Assembly: GCA_031367385.1 (NCBI GenBank)
Contig: JANLPS010000388.1
Coordinates: 1-44,143, forward strand
Source of the DNA: Archangium sp.
GTDB lineage: Bacteria > Myxococcota > Myxococcia > Myxococcales > Myxococcaceae
Direction: 5' to 3'
DNA: 44,143 nucleotides
Shown here: positions 34,017 to 44,143 of the stretch, piece by piece
Layout: every line of letters starts with the position of its first letter
Numbering within the stretch: the stretch's first letter is position 1
Notes under the pieces: model-generated
What the model saw: the letters and a program-made list of their open reading frames with translations, nothing else
Database searches by the model: none
Told to the model about the DNA's origin: nothing
Program-made: the position numbers and the translations under genes

Positions 34017-35300
34017 TCATTCGAGCGACCAGGTGCCGTCGACGTCGACCACCAGGGTCCCAAGGGCGAGCTCGGTTGTATCTTCAGGGTCGAGTAGCTC
34101 GAGGGCCAACGGGTACCGGCCAGCAGTCAGCTCCAGTCGCTCTCCTTCACTGCGTTGCAGCCCCCTGACATTGGCCTGAAAGGGGCTGTCGGTGCCGAAG
34201 ACGGCGGGCAGGTAGGGCTTCGGGCCCTCCGGCGTCTGAATCAGCAGTCGCGTCGGCCGCGCGGGGGTTTGGGCCAGGAAATTGGCTTGGAGCCCCCGAG
34301 CCCGAGCCTTGAGCCACACGCCCAGTGAGGTCGACCGGGTTCGCTCAGGCGGGGGCCGGCGACCAAAGCTCAGCAGCAGCTCGAAGGCGACCCGAGGTGA
34401 TTTCTCGACTCGGTACAGCTCGGCCAAGGGCGCCCGGGCGAGCCGCTCGACCTGAAGGTGGCTGCGCATCAACTCGACGGTCTGCATTCGCACCTGGGGC
34501 GAGGCGTCGCGCAACAGCTTCACCAGCCGTGGGGCGAGTTTCTCGAGATCTGCGCGAACATCTTGACCGAGCCACTGCACTGCCCGCCCCCGCAGCCAGC
34601 CCGGCCGACGCGGGTCTTCGGCGAAGCGCAGCAACGTCTCTTGCGACGCGAAGGGCCCGAGCCACTGCGCAGTGCTGGAGTCTCGATGAGCGAGTGACAA
34701 GGCGCCTTCGAGGTCACCAGCAGCGATCAACTGCAAGAGCACGCGCCGCGACCAGACATCGATGAATTCGTGCGGGCACCAATCAGGCAGCGGTCGCAGC
34801 AAGGCACGCGCTTCGAAACGGCGCCGAGCGATATCGGGCTCGCTGGCGAGCGCCTCGAGACGTGGCGTCAAGCGCTTGAGCGTTTGAATTTCGGTGGTGA
34901 GCCGGTCGAGATCGACGCCGAGCGATTCATCGAGCTCGAGCGGGTGGGCCCGATACCCTCCAGGGTTTGACCACTGACTGGCGTGAAATGCGTAGCCACC
35001 CCGCAGCGGCATCAGGCCACCGGGGACGATGGCTTCGATACCCCTCGGGTCGCGCCTCAAGAACAGCACGACCTGCGCATCAGCTTCGTACGAGCCATCG
35101 ATCAGCTCGAGCGCTTCACCAGCGGCCGCGGCGCCGACCAGTGCGTGATCAATCACATACACGCCCGCGTCGACCCGCTCAGCGAGCACGATGTCATCGG
35201 CCTCGAGCACCAAGCCTGGGAGATCGGTCGTGAACAGGGGGGCCGCGCTCGCGCTCAGCGCACACGTCGCTGCGCTGAGAAGAAGGAGGGGCCTGATCAT
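34017..35300 (-). CDS. Secreted hypothetical protein with HEAT-like repeats
   Basis: Signal peptide (ASA/A); LVKLLRDASPQVRMQTVELM is HEAT-like. Confidence 0.65.
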   Translation of the reverse strand: MIRPLLLLSAATCALSASAAPLFTTDLPGLVLEADDIVLAERVDAGVYVIDHALVGAAAAGEALELIDGSYEADAQVVLFLRRDPRGIEAIVPGGLMPLRGGYAFHASQWSNPGGYRAHPLELDESLGVDLDRLTTEIQTLKRLTPRLEALASEPDIARRRFEARALLRPLPDWCPHEFIDVWSRRVLLQLIAAGDLEGALSLAHRDSSTAQWLGPFASQETLLRFAEDPRRPGWLRGRAVQWLGQDVRADLEKLAPRLVKLLRDASPQVRMQTVELMRSHLQVERLARAPLAELYRVEKSPRVAFELLLSFGRRPPPERTRSTSLGVWLKARARGLQANFLAQTPARPTRLLIQTPEGPKPYLPAVFGTDSPFQANVRGLQRSEGERLELTAGRYPLALELLDPEDTTELALGTLVVDVDGTWSLE

Positions 35301-35425
35301 CGTGTCGGAGAGCGAAGGCCGGGTGTACCAGAGGTCACCCAGCGCAATGGCGGGCCCCTCGAGCCCCTGAGGGCAAACGAAATGACCGGGGCCTTCATGG
35401 CTCTCGGCACGTCGAGTCCAACGAG

Positions 35426-36925
35426 TTACAGCGAGCCGACGTCACCCGAGGCACCAGCGACGCCGGAGTTGACGCTCGAACTCCCACCCGCGCCTCCGCT
35501 GCCGGCGGTCAGTTGATTGCCCGCGTTGCTGCCGATGGTCGTCGCCGAGAGCGCAATCGCGAACGACGGGCCGCCCGACCCACCACCGCCCGACCCACCG
35601 CTGCCACCTTTGCCGCCGTTGCCGCCCTGCCCACCGCCGCCGACCTCATTGGTGCAGACGCTGCCGCCTGCGCCGCCCTTGCCTCCCGCGCCGCCTGCGC
35701 CGCCGATGCCACCCGCGCCGCCTTTGCCGCCGGCCTTGCTGGTCACCTTGCAATTGGTCAGCGTCGCGCCGGTCGACGAGATCAGCAACACGCCAAACGA
35801 CGCACCACCCGCGGTGCCGCCCAGACCTGCCGTGCCCGCGCAGCCACCCGCGCCTCCGCCGCCGCCACCGTTGCCGGGGCCATTGTTGCAAATCGTGCAG
35901 CCTTGGCCACCGCCGCCACCACCGCCTCCGCCGCCTTTGCCCGGAGTGCCCGCCGTGCCGTCGCCGCCCGCCCCGCCGACCCAGAAATCAGTGCTCACCA
36001 TGCCGCCCATGCCCTTTGAACCAAAGGTGCCGTCAGCGCCGTCGACGCCGAGTTCTCCCGTGCCGCCGGTGTGACCTGGGTCGCCGCCCGAGCCTGCAGC
36101 GCCACCCACCGTGCCACCCGCGCCAGCGCCACCTGTCGCGCCGGCGTTGCTCCCACTGGCGCCGCCAACCCCGCCGATGCCACCGGTGCGCGCGCAGGTC
36201 GAGAACCCACCCGGCCCACCCGCCCCACCTGGCCCGTTATTGTCGCAGTTGCCAGGGCCACCGAGCTGCCCATCATCACCGGCCGCTCCCGCAACACCTG
36301 CGACGCCAGTCACTCCGTCACCCGCCGCGCCCGCGGTCAGAGTGCTGTTGCGCACCGCCAAACCCGTACACGTCACGCAGCGAAGCGCGACGCTCGAACC
36401 ACCCGCAACCGACGTCGCGTCGCCGGCGACGATGGTGACTCGGTCAATCACCGTCGGAGCGCTGATGTTCTTACCGTCGACGGCGATGACCCGATTCGAG
36501 AGCAGCGCCTTGTTGGTGATGGTCACCGAGCCATTGCCGCGCGCCCACTTGGCCGACTGCGAATACCCGCCGTACACCGACACGCCGTTCACCAGCGTCA
36601 CTGGCCCGTCGTACGCCCCGTCAGAGACGTACACGCTCGACTTGGCCGAGGTCACCGCGCGCGCGAGGGCCGCTTGAATGGTGCGCATCGGCTGCTCTTT
36701 GGTGCCCTGATTGGTGTCGAGCCCCATGCTCGCAACGAAGATCGCGTCGTTCGCGTCGCCGTCGATGCCGTCACAGTTCGTATCGACGAATTGATCATCG
36801 GGCAAATCGGTCGAGAGGCACCCCGTACCGCCATCGGTGGTTGACGGAGGCTGACTGCCACACTGCGCCAGCATCGCAGACAGGGCCAACCACAGCGCGC
36901 TTCGCATCGAAAAGTTTTCACGCAT
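35426..36925 (-). CDS. Gly-rich (PE-PGRS-like) lipoprotein with DUF1565-like/beta-helix start
   Basis: Lipobox-like LAQC (start possibly 36907), DTNCDGIDG, GTKEQPMRTIQAAL, long GGxGG tracts. Confidence 0.75.
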   Translation of the reverse strand: MRENFSMRSALWLALSAMLAQCGSQPPSTTDGGTGCLSTDLPDDQFVDTNCDGIDGDANDAIFVASMGLDTNQGTKEQPMRTIQAALARAVTSAKSSVYVSDGAYDGPVTLVNGVSVYGGYSQSAKWARGNGSVTITNKALLSNRVIAVDGKNISAPTVIDRVTIVAGDATSVAGGSSVALRCVTCTGLAVRNSTLTAGAAGDGVTGVAGVAGAAGDDGQLGGPGNCDNNGPGGAGGPGGFSTCARTGGIGGVGGASGSNAGATGGAGAGGTVGGAAGSGGDPGHTGGTGELGVDGADGTFGSKGMGGMVSTDFWVGGAGGDGTAGTPGKGGGGGGGGGGQGCTICNNGPGNGGGGGGAGGCAGTAGLGGTAGGASFGVLLISSTGATLTNCKVTSKAGGKGGAGGIGGAGGAGGKGGAGGSVCTNEVGGGGQGGNGGKGGSGGSGGGGSGGPSFAIALSATTIGSNAGNQLTAGSGGAGGSSSVNSGVAGASGDVGSL

Positions 36926-39373
36926 TCATTGCACCGGTATCGTGGCGAGCAGATCGGCCGTACAGGCGTAGCTCGAGTCGAACTCCGCTTGTTGAAATGA
37001 AGGGTTGAGCGCCGCGGGCCCGAGGGTCACCTGGCGGCCAGCGCCCAGCGTCACCGTGCCCGACAAGGTGTTGCTCACGCCATGCAGCGACCCGTTGAGG
37101 GCCGACACCTTGAGCGCGGGTATCGTCATCAAGAACGACTTGCCGGCCACCGAAAAAGTCGCGGTCGCGTTGACGAGCTCGACGTCGGTGAAGGTGGCCA
37201 CGGGAGTACCCACATCGTAGGTGCCAGGAGCGCTGCGTCGCTCACCCAACCCAGGCACGACCTTCGCCGACAGCGTGCCTGAATGCAGCACCAGCTTCGC
37301 GTACGCGTCGGTGTCGGCGGCGGGCACCGTCCACGCCGAGAAATCGGCGAGCGGCACGCTGGTCAAGGTCATCACCATCGCGTCGCGCGTGCGGGGTATG
37401 ACCGAATTGAAAAAGACCAGCTCCTTGGTTCGTTCCCCCGTCACGACGCGCTCGGCAGTGACGTCGGCGGTGCCCGAGATGAATGACTTGGTGCCCGAGC
37501 AGTCGCTGGGCCGCGGCAAAGTGCCAGCTTGACCCTGCCGGCAGTGCTGAATGGCCCACCGCAGATACCCGGTTTGCCCGGTTTCACCCGTCGCCTCGAC
37601 CGGCGCGGTCTTGACCTTCAGCGCCGAAAAACCGCAGTCGGTGTCGCCTTGAATCATCGAGACGATGGCGCCCGCAGCCTGCACCGTCAACCGAGCGGCG
37701 TTGGTGGCGAGCGCGGTGTCGAGCGAGCAAGCCTGATCACTCTGCGCCAGCTTGAACCCGGGCGCGCAGCTGAACGACTCGTTGAACTTCGCCTCGTCGT
37801 AGCCCGGGTCGAGCAGCGGCGCCGCGCCCACGGGAGGAATCACCACCGGCACGCCGTCTGACACCAGGGTACCCGCGAGGTAATTCGTTCGATCGCCTTT
37901 GGTGCCGCTCTGCGCGACCAGCTCGCCCTGCGACACCTTGACCTCGAAGTCGTACCCGCTCGACCCGATGGTGAGCTTCGCGTCTTGCCAGGTGACAGAA
38001 GGAAACTCGGCGATCGACGTCGTGTTGGAGCAGATGTCAGACCGCGTGTCGATGGCCACGCGGGGCAGCACGGTGCCGTTCAAGGTGCCGTTCTGCACGG
38101 TGAAGGGGTTTTCGCCCGCTGAGTTGGTGAGCGAAAAATCACTGAACTGGGCGGTGAGCTTCAGCTCGGCGGGGTCGCGCGTCGTCGGGGCCACGGGTTG
38201 GGCGGTGTCGCCGGTGAGCACTCCGGTCAATTTCTTCGTGCCGGTGATGGTGACGGTGCCTTGAGCGAACTGCTTCGCGCCCGTGCAGTCTTTGCTGATC
38301 TCGGTCTTGGTCGAGAATGAAATCACGCACGGCGCAGGCAAGGTGAAGGTGGCCGAGCCCGGGCCTCCAGGCGTACCGCTGATCGCCGTCGCCGCCAGCA
38401 CCTGCGGGCTCGAAAACCCGCATCGCACGTCTGAATCGACCAACGAGGCCAACGCGCCGAGCGTCTTGATCGAGAGTCGAGACGCTCCGTGAACCAACTG
38501 CGTCTTGAGCGATGGGCACGCGTAGGTGACCGGCAGAACCAGGTCAGGGTTGCACTTGATCGAGTCGAGGTACGACTGCGCCGTGTAGCTCGTGTCGAGG
38601 CCGTCGGGGTCGCCGGCGATGGGTATCGCGACCTTGGTGTCCCACACGGTGAGGTCGCCTGAGAACGAGTTCTCTTCGGTGAGCCACTTGCCCGATTGCG
38701 CGGTCAGCTTCGAGCCCGGCACATCGACGGGGAAGACGTGGTCTCCGTCGGCGACGATCACCGCGGCATTGGTGTAGGCGACCTCGCTGAATGAAAAATC
38801 GAGCGTCTGCACCGCGCACACCCCGAGCGAGCGACTCAGCGCGATTCTCGGCTCGAGTACGAAGTGCAATGCGCCCGAGACGTTGGTCAACGCCGACTTC
38901 GAGTCGCTCTTTCGAATCGTGAAGTGATCGAACGTCGCGTCGAGCTCGATGCGTACCGCGTCTGCCCCGGCCGGTATGACCGGCGTCGTCGGGTCTCCAG
39001 TGATGGTGCCGCGAATTCGCTGCGTGCCCGACACGGTGACGGTGCCCTGCGCGAGGGGGCTCACGCCCGCGCAGTCTTTGCCGAGATCGGTGAGCTCAGG
39101 CAGCGTGATGGTGCAGCTCTTCACCGTCCACGTCACCGCGCCGGTCTCGCCTGGTTGGCCTTGCACCAGCGCCGCGCGCTTCACCGCCGGGTTCGCGAAC
39201 CCGCACTTGGTGTCGGCGAGCACGAGCTTCGAGATGTACCCCGCGTTGCGAACGGTCAATCGGGAGACACCTGCCGCGACCTGCCCCGGCGCCAACTTTT
39301 CGACGCACCCGGCGCACCCTGACCCTGCTGCGATGCCGAGAACGAACAGAGCGAATGCCAAACGGCGAATCAT
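36926..39373 (-). CDS. Secreted/lipoprotein with three ~262-aa Cys-containing repeats
   Basis: Start MIRRLAF, GSGCAGC; each repeat begins (S/A)RL(T/S)..G......D..CGF. Confidence 0.75.
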   Translation of the reverse strand: MIRRLAFALFVLGIAAGSGCAGCVEKLAPGQVAAGVSRLTVRNAGYISKLVLADTKCGFANPAVKRAALVQGQPGETGAVTWTVKSCTITLPELTDLGKDCAGVSPLAQGTVTVSGTQRIRGTITGDPTTPVIPAGADAVRIELDATFDHFTIRKSDSKSALTNVSGALHFVLEPRIALSRSLGVCAVQTLDFSFSEVAYTNAAVIVADGDHVFPVDVPGSKLTAQSGKWLTEENSFSGDLTVWDTKVAIPIAGDPDGLDTSYTAQSYLDSIKCNPDLVLPVTYACPSLKTQLVHGASRLSIKTLGALASLVDSDVRCGFSSPQVLAATAISGTPGGPGSATFTLPAPCVISFSTKTEISKDCTGAKQFAQGTVTITGTKKLTGVLTGDTAQPVAPTTRDPAELKLTAQFSDFSLTNSAGENPFTVQNGTLNGTVLPRVAIDTRSDICSNTTSIAEFPSVTWQDAKLTIGSSGYDFEVKVSQGELVAQSGTKGDRTNYLAGTLVSDGVPVVIPPVGAAPLLDPGYDEAKFNESFSCAPGFKLAQSDQACSLDTALATNAARLTVQAAGAIVSMIQGDTDCGFSALKVKTAPVEATGETGQTGYLRWAIQHCRQGQAGTLPRPSDCSGTKSFISGTADVTAERVVTGERTKELVFFNSVIPRTRDAMVMTLTSVPLADFSAWTVPAADTDAYAKLVLHSGTLSAKVVPGLGERRSAPGTYDVGTPVATFTDVELVNATATFSVAGKSFLMTIPALKVSALNGSLHGVSNTLSGTVTLGAGRQVTLGPAALNPSFQQAEFDSSYACTADLLATIPVQ

Positions 39374-39485
39374 GGAGGCCACAAGGTACCTCACGAGGCC
39401 TGGTGCCGGTTCAGCCACGAGTCTGTTACGAGCATTTTGACGCGCGGCGTCTTCGGGTCACCCTTCTCAAAGGCAGGCGGTTCGC

Positions 39486-40691
39486 ATGCGCTTCGCGAAA
39501 TTGCTCAGTGGTTTCATGGTGCTGACTGCGTGTGGCGTGCCGGCCGGCGGCGGCCCCGGAACGGTCACCGACGCAGGCACGGTCGCAGACGCCGGCACCC
39601 CGGCTTTGAGCACCGCCGGGTGGACGTGGGTACCCATCGACGGGTCAATGTGCGCCAGTGGGGCGCGCGCCGGCATCGCGCTGAGCGGCGACGGCCACAC
39701 CACGCAACAGCTCGCCATCTACCTCGAAGGCGGAGGCGCCTGTTGGAACCAAGGCACCTGCGTGCCCTCGCTGCTGCAGTTTGGGCCGATTTGCGACTAC
39801 GGCATGATCTGCCTTTACGACGGCGAAGGGGGCACCAAACCCACTGCCACGTTCGTCGCCGATGCCGACCCGTTTCCCGCTGATGGGCAGGGGCGCTTGC
39901 CGGGCGTGCTCAACACCATCTCGAGCACGCTCTTCTTCAAGCGCGACCGCCCAAACAACCCCTTTCGCGACGCGACCTTCGTCTACGTGCCGTACTGCAC
40001 CGGCGACATGCATTCGGGCAACACCACCCACGAGTATCAATACAAGTATCAGCTCGCCGACGCGCCGAAGACGACCACCGTGCACTTCGCCGGAGCGACC
40101 AACATCGACGCCTACCTCGCGTACCTCGTCGCGCACTACCCGAACGCGAAAAAAATCTGGCTCTTCGGCGCGAGCGCAGGCGGCTACGGAGCGACCATTC
40201 ACTTCGATCGCGTGCGCCGCGCTTTTCCCAACGCCGAGGTCGACTTGCTGGCTGACTCGTCGCCGTACATCGACACCGTGCATTGGGCCCAGTGGCGCGA
40301 CACCTGGCACATGCAGCTGCCTCAAGGGTGTGGCGGCGAGTGCGATGCGGGGTACCCGGGCATCATCGACCGGGTGATCACCGCGAACGCGACTCGCCGA
40401 ATCGCGCTCCTCTCGAACGATCACGACGGCATCGTCTCGTGGTTTTTCTACGCTGCCCCCGGGGTGGGCCCGGTGTACGCGCCGCCGACCGGCACCTTCA
40501 ACACGAACCTCAACGGGTTGCTGACCCGCTACGACCAGAGCCCCAACGCCAAGTACTTCGTCGTGCCTGGCACGGGCCACGTGCTCGCTCCCTCGGCTGA
40601 CACGCTCAAGTCGGGCGATGCCGGCGTGCTGCTTCGGGAGTGGATCGACGCCTGGGCCACCCCAGACGCCGGGTGGGCGAGCACTCGATAG
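39486..40691 (+). CDS. Pectinacetylesterase-family lipoprotein
   Basis: Lipobox LTAC; IYLEGGGACW, VPYCTGDMH, GASAGG, LADS. Confidence 0.85.
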   Translation: MRFAKLLSGFMVLTACGVPAGGGPGTVTDAGTVADAGTPALSTAGWTWVPIDGSMCASGARAGIALSGDGHTTQQLAIYLEGGGACWNQGTCVPSLLQFGPICDYGMICLYDGEGGTKPTATFVADADPFPADGQGRLPGVLNTISSTLFFKRDRPNNPFRDATFVYVPYCTGDMHSGNTTHEYQYKYQLADAPKTTTVHFAGATNIDAYLAYLVAHYPNAKKIWLFGASAGGYGATIHFDRVRRAFPNAEVDLLADSSPYIDTVHWAQWRDTWHMQLPQGCGGECDAGYPGIIDRVITANATRRIALLSNDHDGIVSWFFYAAPGVGPVYAPPTGTFNTNLNGLLTRYDQSPNAKYFVVPGTGHVLAPSADTLKSGDAGVLLREWIDAWATPDAGWASTR

Positions 40692-40782
40692 CTTCGGGTG
40701 CGACCATGTGGGCGTTGAGCGCGGTTGTGCGGCATTTCATACATCGCTGACATCTGATTTCTGGGCTGAGTCACTGGCCCCT

Positions 40783-42897
40783 ATGGCACGACATGTACTG
40801 GTGCTCCTGACGTTCAGCGCGGCTGTGTTCTCGTGTCAGGAAAATTCGGTGTCACCTGCATCGACAGTGACTCCCGAGCCGACGTCGAGCTCGAGCGACT
40901 CGCACCAGCTGGCCGCCGATCGCGACGTCTGGGTGACGGTCGGTGCAGACGCGGTGCCCTCGCTGAGCCACCAGTTGAAGGCCAGCGCTCCCGCGACGCT
41001 CGGAGTTTCGAAGAACGGCGTCGCCACACTTCGCGTTCGTGAATCACAGCTGCTGACGCTCGCGCGCGTGATGCATGATCAATTTCATCGCTGCGGTGGC
41101 TTCGAGATGTTCGACACCGAAGCGCAAGCCCAGGCCGCGCTCGAGCCCGCGGTACCCCTGCAAGCGGCGTCGGCGATCACCTACACGATCGACAACGGCC
41201 CGGCGGTACAGAAGCTGATCGGCTCACTCACCGCGTCGAACGTGCTCGCGACGGTCACCCAGCTCGCCACCTACAAGAACCGCTATTACAACTCGGCGAC
41301 CGGGGCTGCCTCGGCGCAGTGGCTCAAGGGCCAGTGGGAGACCCTCGCTCAAGGCCGCACCGACGTGACCGTCGAGGCCTTCGCACACGCCGGGTGGTCG
41401 CAGCCGTCGATCATTCTCACCGTCACCGGCCAGACCGCGCCGAGCGAAGTGGTCGTGCTGGGAGCGCACCTCGACTCGATCAACATCTCAGACACCGCGG
41501 GCACCGCGCCGGGCGCCGATGATGACGCGTCGGGCATCGCCACCTTGACCGAGGTGATTCGGGTGATGATGGTCAACGGCTTCAAGCCCAACCGCACCGT
41601 GAAGTTCATGGGGTACTCGGCCGAAGAGGTCGGCCTGCGCGGCTCGAAAGAGATCGCCGCCAAGTTCAAGGCCAACGCGGTGAACGTGGTGGGCGTGATG
41701 CAGCTCGACATGACCAACTTTCACGGTTCGTCGAGCGACATCGTCATCTACACCGACTACACCGACGCCTCGCAGAACGCGTTCGTGAGCACGCTGGTCG
41801 ACACCTACGTGAAGGTGCCCCGCTCGACCGACGCGTGCGGCTACGGCTGCTCAGATCACGCCTCGTGGAACGCGAATGGCTACCGCACTTCGATGCCGTT
41901 CGAAGCGCAGTTCAGCGACTACAACCCGAAGATTCACACCGCCGACGACACCCTGGCCAACAGCGGCGGCAACGTCGATCAATCGGTGAAGTTCGCCAAG
42001 CTCGCCGCAGCCTTCGTCGGAGAGCTCGCCAAGGGCGGCGCTGGAGACACCGGCAAAGACACCACGCCTCCGACCGCGTCGATCACCTCACCGGCCGCCA
42101 ACGCGTCGGTGAGCGGCATCGTCACCATCACCGCCGAAGCCGCCGACAACGTGGGCATCGCGCGGGTGAACTTCTTCGTCGACGGCAACAACGTCGGCAC
42201 CGATCAAACGCCCCCCTACACGTTGGACTGGGACACCACCGACGAGACCAACGGCACCCACGTGCTCACCGTGGTGGCCAATGACTCGAGCACCAACAAG
42301 GCGACCAGCAACGCGGTCACCGTCACCGTCGCGCAAATCGTGGTCGACGCGGGGACCCCCGATGCCGGCACGCCCGTCGTCAGCACCATCGCGGTGTATG
42401 ACGACGCCAAGAAGACCATCGCCTGCGCCGGGCTCTCGAAGCGCTGCGACTCAGACTCCGCGTTGCTAGGCCGAGGCGCACTGGGGCCTGAGGTGCACGC
42501 GCCCAACACCCTCGGCGGCAGCTGCGCCGACGGCTCGGCGGGTCGATTTCATGTCGACGAGTCGATCGATCGGTTGGTCATCTCAAGCGTCGATGGCTCG
42601 GTGCTCAAGGCCGGCGCCAGAGCGAAGATCGAAGCGACCGTGTGGGCTTACACCGGCTTCGTGAACGACAAGGTCGACCTGTATTCGGCGGCTGATGTCT
42701 CATCGCCAAAGTGGGTGTTGATCGGCACGCTCTCACCCACCGTGAAGAACGCGAGCACGCTCTCGACCACGTTCACGCTGCCCACCGGAGCCACCCAGGC
42801 GATTCGCGCACGCATTCGCTACAAAGGCACCGCGGGCTCGTGCGGCACCGGCACCTACGACGACCATGACGACCTGGTCTTCGCGGTCGCTCCGTAA
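40783..42897 (+). CDS. M28 leucyl aminopeptidase lipoprotein with Ig-like (Big) and C-terminal beta domains
   Basis: Lipobox VFSC; HRCGGF propeptide, [41 protein letters not shown]. Confidence 0.9.
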   Translation: MARHVLVLLTFSAAVFSCQENSVSPASTVTPEPTSSSSDSHQLAADRDVWVTVGADAVPSLSHQLKASAPATLGVSKNGVATLRVRESQLLTLARVMHDQFHRCGGFEMFDTEAQAQAALEPAVPLQAASAITYTIDNGPAVQKLIGSLTASNVLATVTQLATYKNRYYNSATGAASAQWLKGQWETLAQGRTDVTVEAFAHAGWSQPSIILTVTGQTAPSEVVVLGAHLDSINISDTAGTAPGADDDASGIATLTEVIRVMMVNGFKPNRTVKFMGYSAEEVGLRGSKEIAAKFKANAVNVVGVMQLDMTNFHGSSSDIVIYTDYTDASQNAFVSTLVDTYVKVPRSTDACGYGCSDHASWNANGYRTSMPFEAQFSDYNPKIHTADDTLANSGGNVDQSVKFAKLAAAFVGELAKGGAGDTGKDTTPPTASITSPAANASVSGIVTITAEAADNVGIARVNFFVDGNNVGTDQTPPYTLDWDTTDETNGTHVLTVVANDSSTNKATSNAVTVTVAQIVVDAGTPDAGTPVVSTIAVYDDAKKTIACAGLSKRCDSDSALLGRGALGPEVHAPNTLGGSCADGSAGRFHVDESIDRLVISSVDGSVLKAGARAKIEATVWAYTGFVNDKVDLYSAADVSSPKWVLIGTLSPTVKNASTLSTTFTLPTGATQAIRARIRYKGTAGSCGTGTYDDHDDLVFAVAP

Positions 42898-42903
42898 GCG
42901 CTG

Positions 42904-44142
42904 CTACGTCTTGAACCAGTCAGCCGCGGGCTCGACGACCGCGACCTCGGTTTTTTTCTCGGTGGTGGCCGCAGCAGTCGCGGCAGCAGCAGCCGCCGCT
43001 CGCTTCGCCGCCAGCATCGCCTGACGCTTGGCCTCGACTTCACGCCACAAGGCCGGCGCCGCGGTGAACTTCTCAACGAGCGACTCGACGTGCCGCCAGT
43101 ATTGGGTGTTGTCGGTGAGCTTGTTCGACCAGCCGTTGACGATGCCGAACGCCTGGCTGCCAACCGGGCGCCCGTGGTGCCCTTGAATGTGCTGCATCGG
43201 CGAAATCGCCAGGTGCATCTTCCACATCGCGCGCACGAAGCGGGGCACCTTGGTCATGTCGGTCTGGTGGGCGTAGCCGTGCAGGTGCTGGCTGTAGACC
43301 AAGCCATTCACCATCGTGAGGAGCACGGCCAAAGGGGCGCCACCGGTCAACATCAACGCGCCCGCCAAGATGGGTATCGAATAGAGCGACGTGGCATCAG
43401 CGTTGCGAGTCAGCGACCAGGTCGAGACCTCACGCGGGTGATCATGGTGCCGCTGAAACTCGGCGCCGATGCGACCCGAGGGCCAGTTGTCGTGCTTGTG
43501 ATGAAAGTGCGCTGAGAGCAAGTCGGCCGCGAACCAACCCGCCGCTGCGCCTCCGACCGTCTTGATCACCTGCCAGGTCGCCGCCATCACCGTCGGCTCC
43601 ATGCCGATGGTCAGGCCCAGGCTCACCAGCATCGCCACCGACAACGCCGCCGACACGCCGATGGTCACCTCGGCCGGAGTGCGCCCCAGGTTCCAGAACA
43701 CGCTCTTCACGCCGTATTTGAGCAGCTGTGACTCGGGCTTGAGCGCGTCTTGCAAGGCCTCGAGGTGCTCTCGAATGGTGCGTTGCTCATTCGGGCCCAG
43801 CGGGCCGATGGTCTCGCGCCAGGCGTTGACGTCAGCGGCGAGGGTCTCGGTCAGCCTGTTGGCGTGCTCGGCCGGCAGCCCGACGTCGATGAAGTTCTGC
43901 ACCGCAGACGCCTTCCACGCGGTGAGGTCGATGCCCTTGGTGGGCGCGGTGTAGCGGGCCTTGATCGAATCAACCATCAACGGCAGGCCATGCTCGAGCG
44001 CAAAGGCGTGCGCGGTGTCACCGACGTCGAGGTTCTTCGCGCCTTTTCGAAGCGTGGTCTCGAGCAACGAGCCCAGGGTGGTTTTGGTGAGGGGGCCTTC
44101 TTCTTTGAAGTTCGGGCTGCTGTGCGCGTCGAGATCTTCAGC
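42904..44142 (-). CDS. CarF/TMEM189-like lipid desaturase domain protein with N-terminal extension, 5'-truncated by window
   Basis: His boxes ADLLSAHFHHKHDNW, FQRHHDHP, QHLHGYAH, HIQGHH and GIVNGWSN; the frame stays open to the window end. Confidence 0.7.
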   Translation of the reverse strand, partial: AEDLDAHSSPNFKEEGPLTKTTLGSLLETTLRKGAKNLDVGDTAHAFALEHGLPLMVDSIKARYTAPTKGIDLTAWKASAVQNFIDVGLPAEHANRLTETLAADVNAWRETIGPLGPNEQRTIREHLEALQDALKPESQLLKYGVKSVFWNLGRTPAEVTIGVSAALSVAMLVSLGLTIGMEPTVMAATWQVIKTVGGAAAGWFAADLLSAHFHHKHDNWPSGRIGAEFQRHHDHPREVSTWSLTRNADATSLYSIPILAGALMLTGGAPLAVLLTMVNGLVYSQHLHGYAHQTDMTKVPRFVRAMWKMHLAISPMQHIQGHHGRPVGSQAFGIVNGWSNKLTDNTQYWRHVESLVEKFTAAPALWREVEAKRQAMLAAKRAAAAAAATAAATTEKKTEVAVVEPAADWFKT

Positions 44143-44143
44143 C

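Noticed and set aside
35513..36677. Pro-rich plus-strand ORFs
   Set aside because: They are the antisense reading of the Gly-rich gene.
1..44143. High frequency of CTCGAG/TCGA and recurring DAG(T) peptide linkers
   Set aside because: Explained by Leu-Glu/Val-Asp codon preference and common myxobacterial low-complexity linkers; not quantified.

Overview
High-GC window from a myxobacterium (Myxococcota), inferred from the tgl-HTH-recO block, elbD/elbE and many lipoproteins. It holds about 37 CDS, two of them cut by the window edges. I saw no rRNA, tRNA, CRISPR array or transposase. The best novel candidate is at 2.6-8.1 kb. A divergent PocR-domain sigma54 activator faces a translationally coupled five-gene operon: a 28-aa peptide, two membrane proteins, a 66-aa membrane-anchored peptide and a radical SAM/SPASM enzyme with an MftB-like N-terminus. 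The two peptides share the motif RIxxxxFGxxPxSS. This operon and the next one (two related lipoproteins) each have a sigma54 -24/-12 promoter with the same 18-bp TGTA-N9-TACA box 145-146 bp upstream, which suggests a small regulon. The rest includes an MBOAT/SGNH O-acylation pair, a TetR-associated TolC/ABC/HlyD exporter followed by a PqqD-like/TPR/repeat protein, a fused Tgl, DUF2760-Hsp70, ether-lipid genes elbD/elbE, secreted hydrolases and a divergent CarF/TMEM189-like desaturase. All family calls come from motifs recognised by eye; no searches were run.
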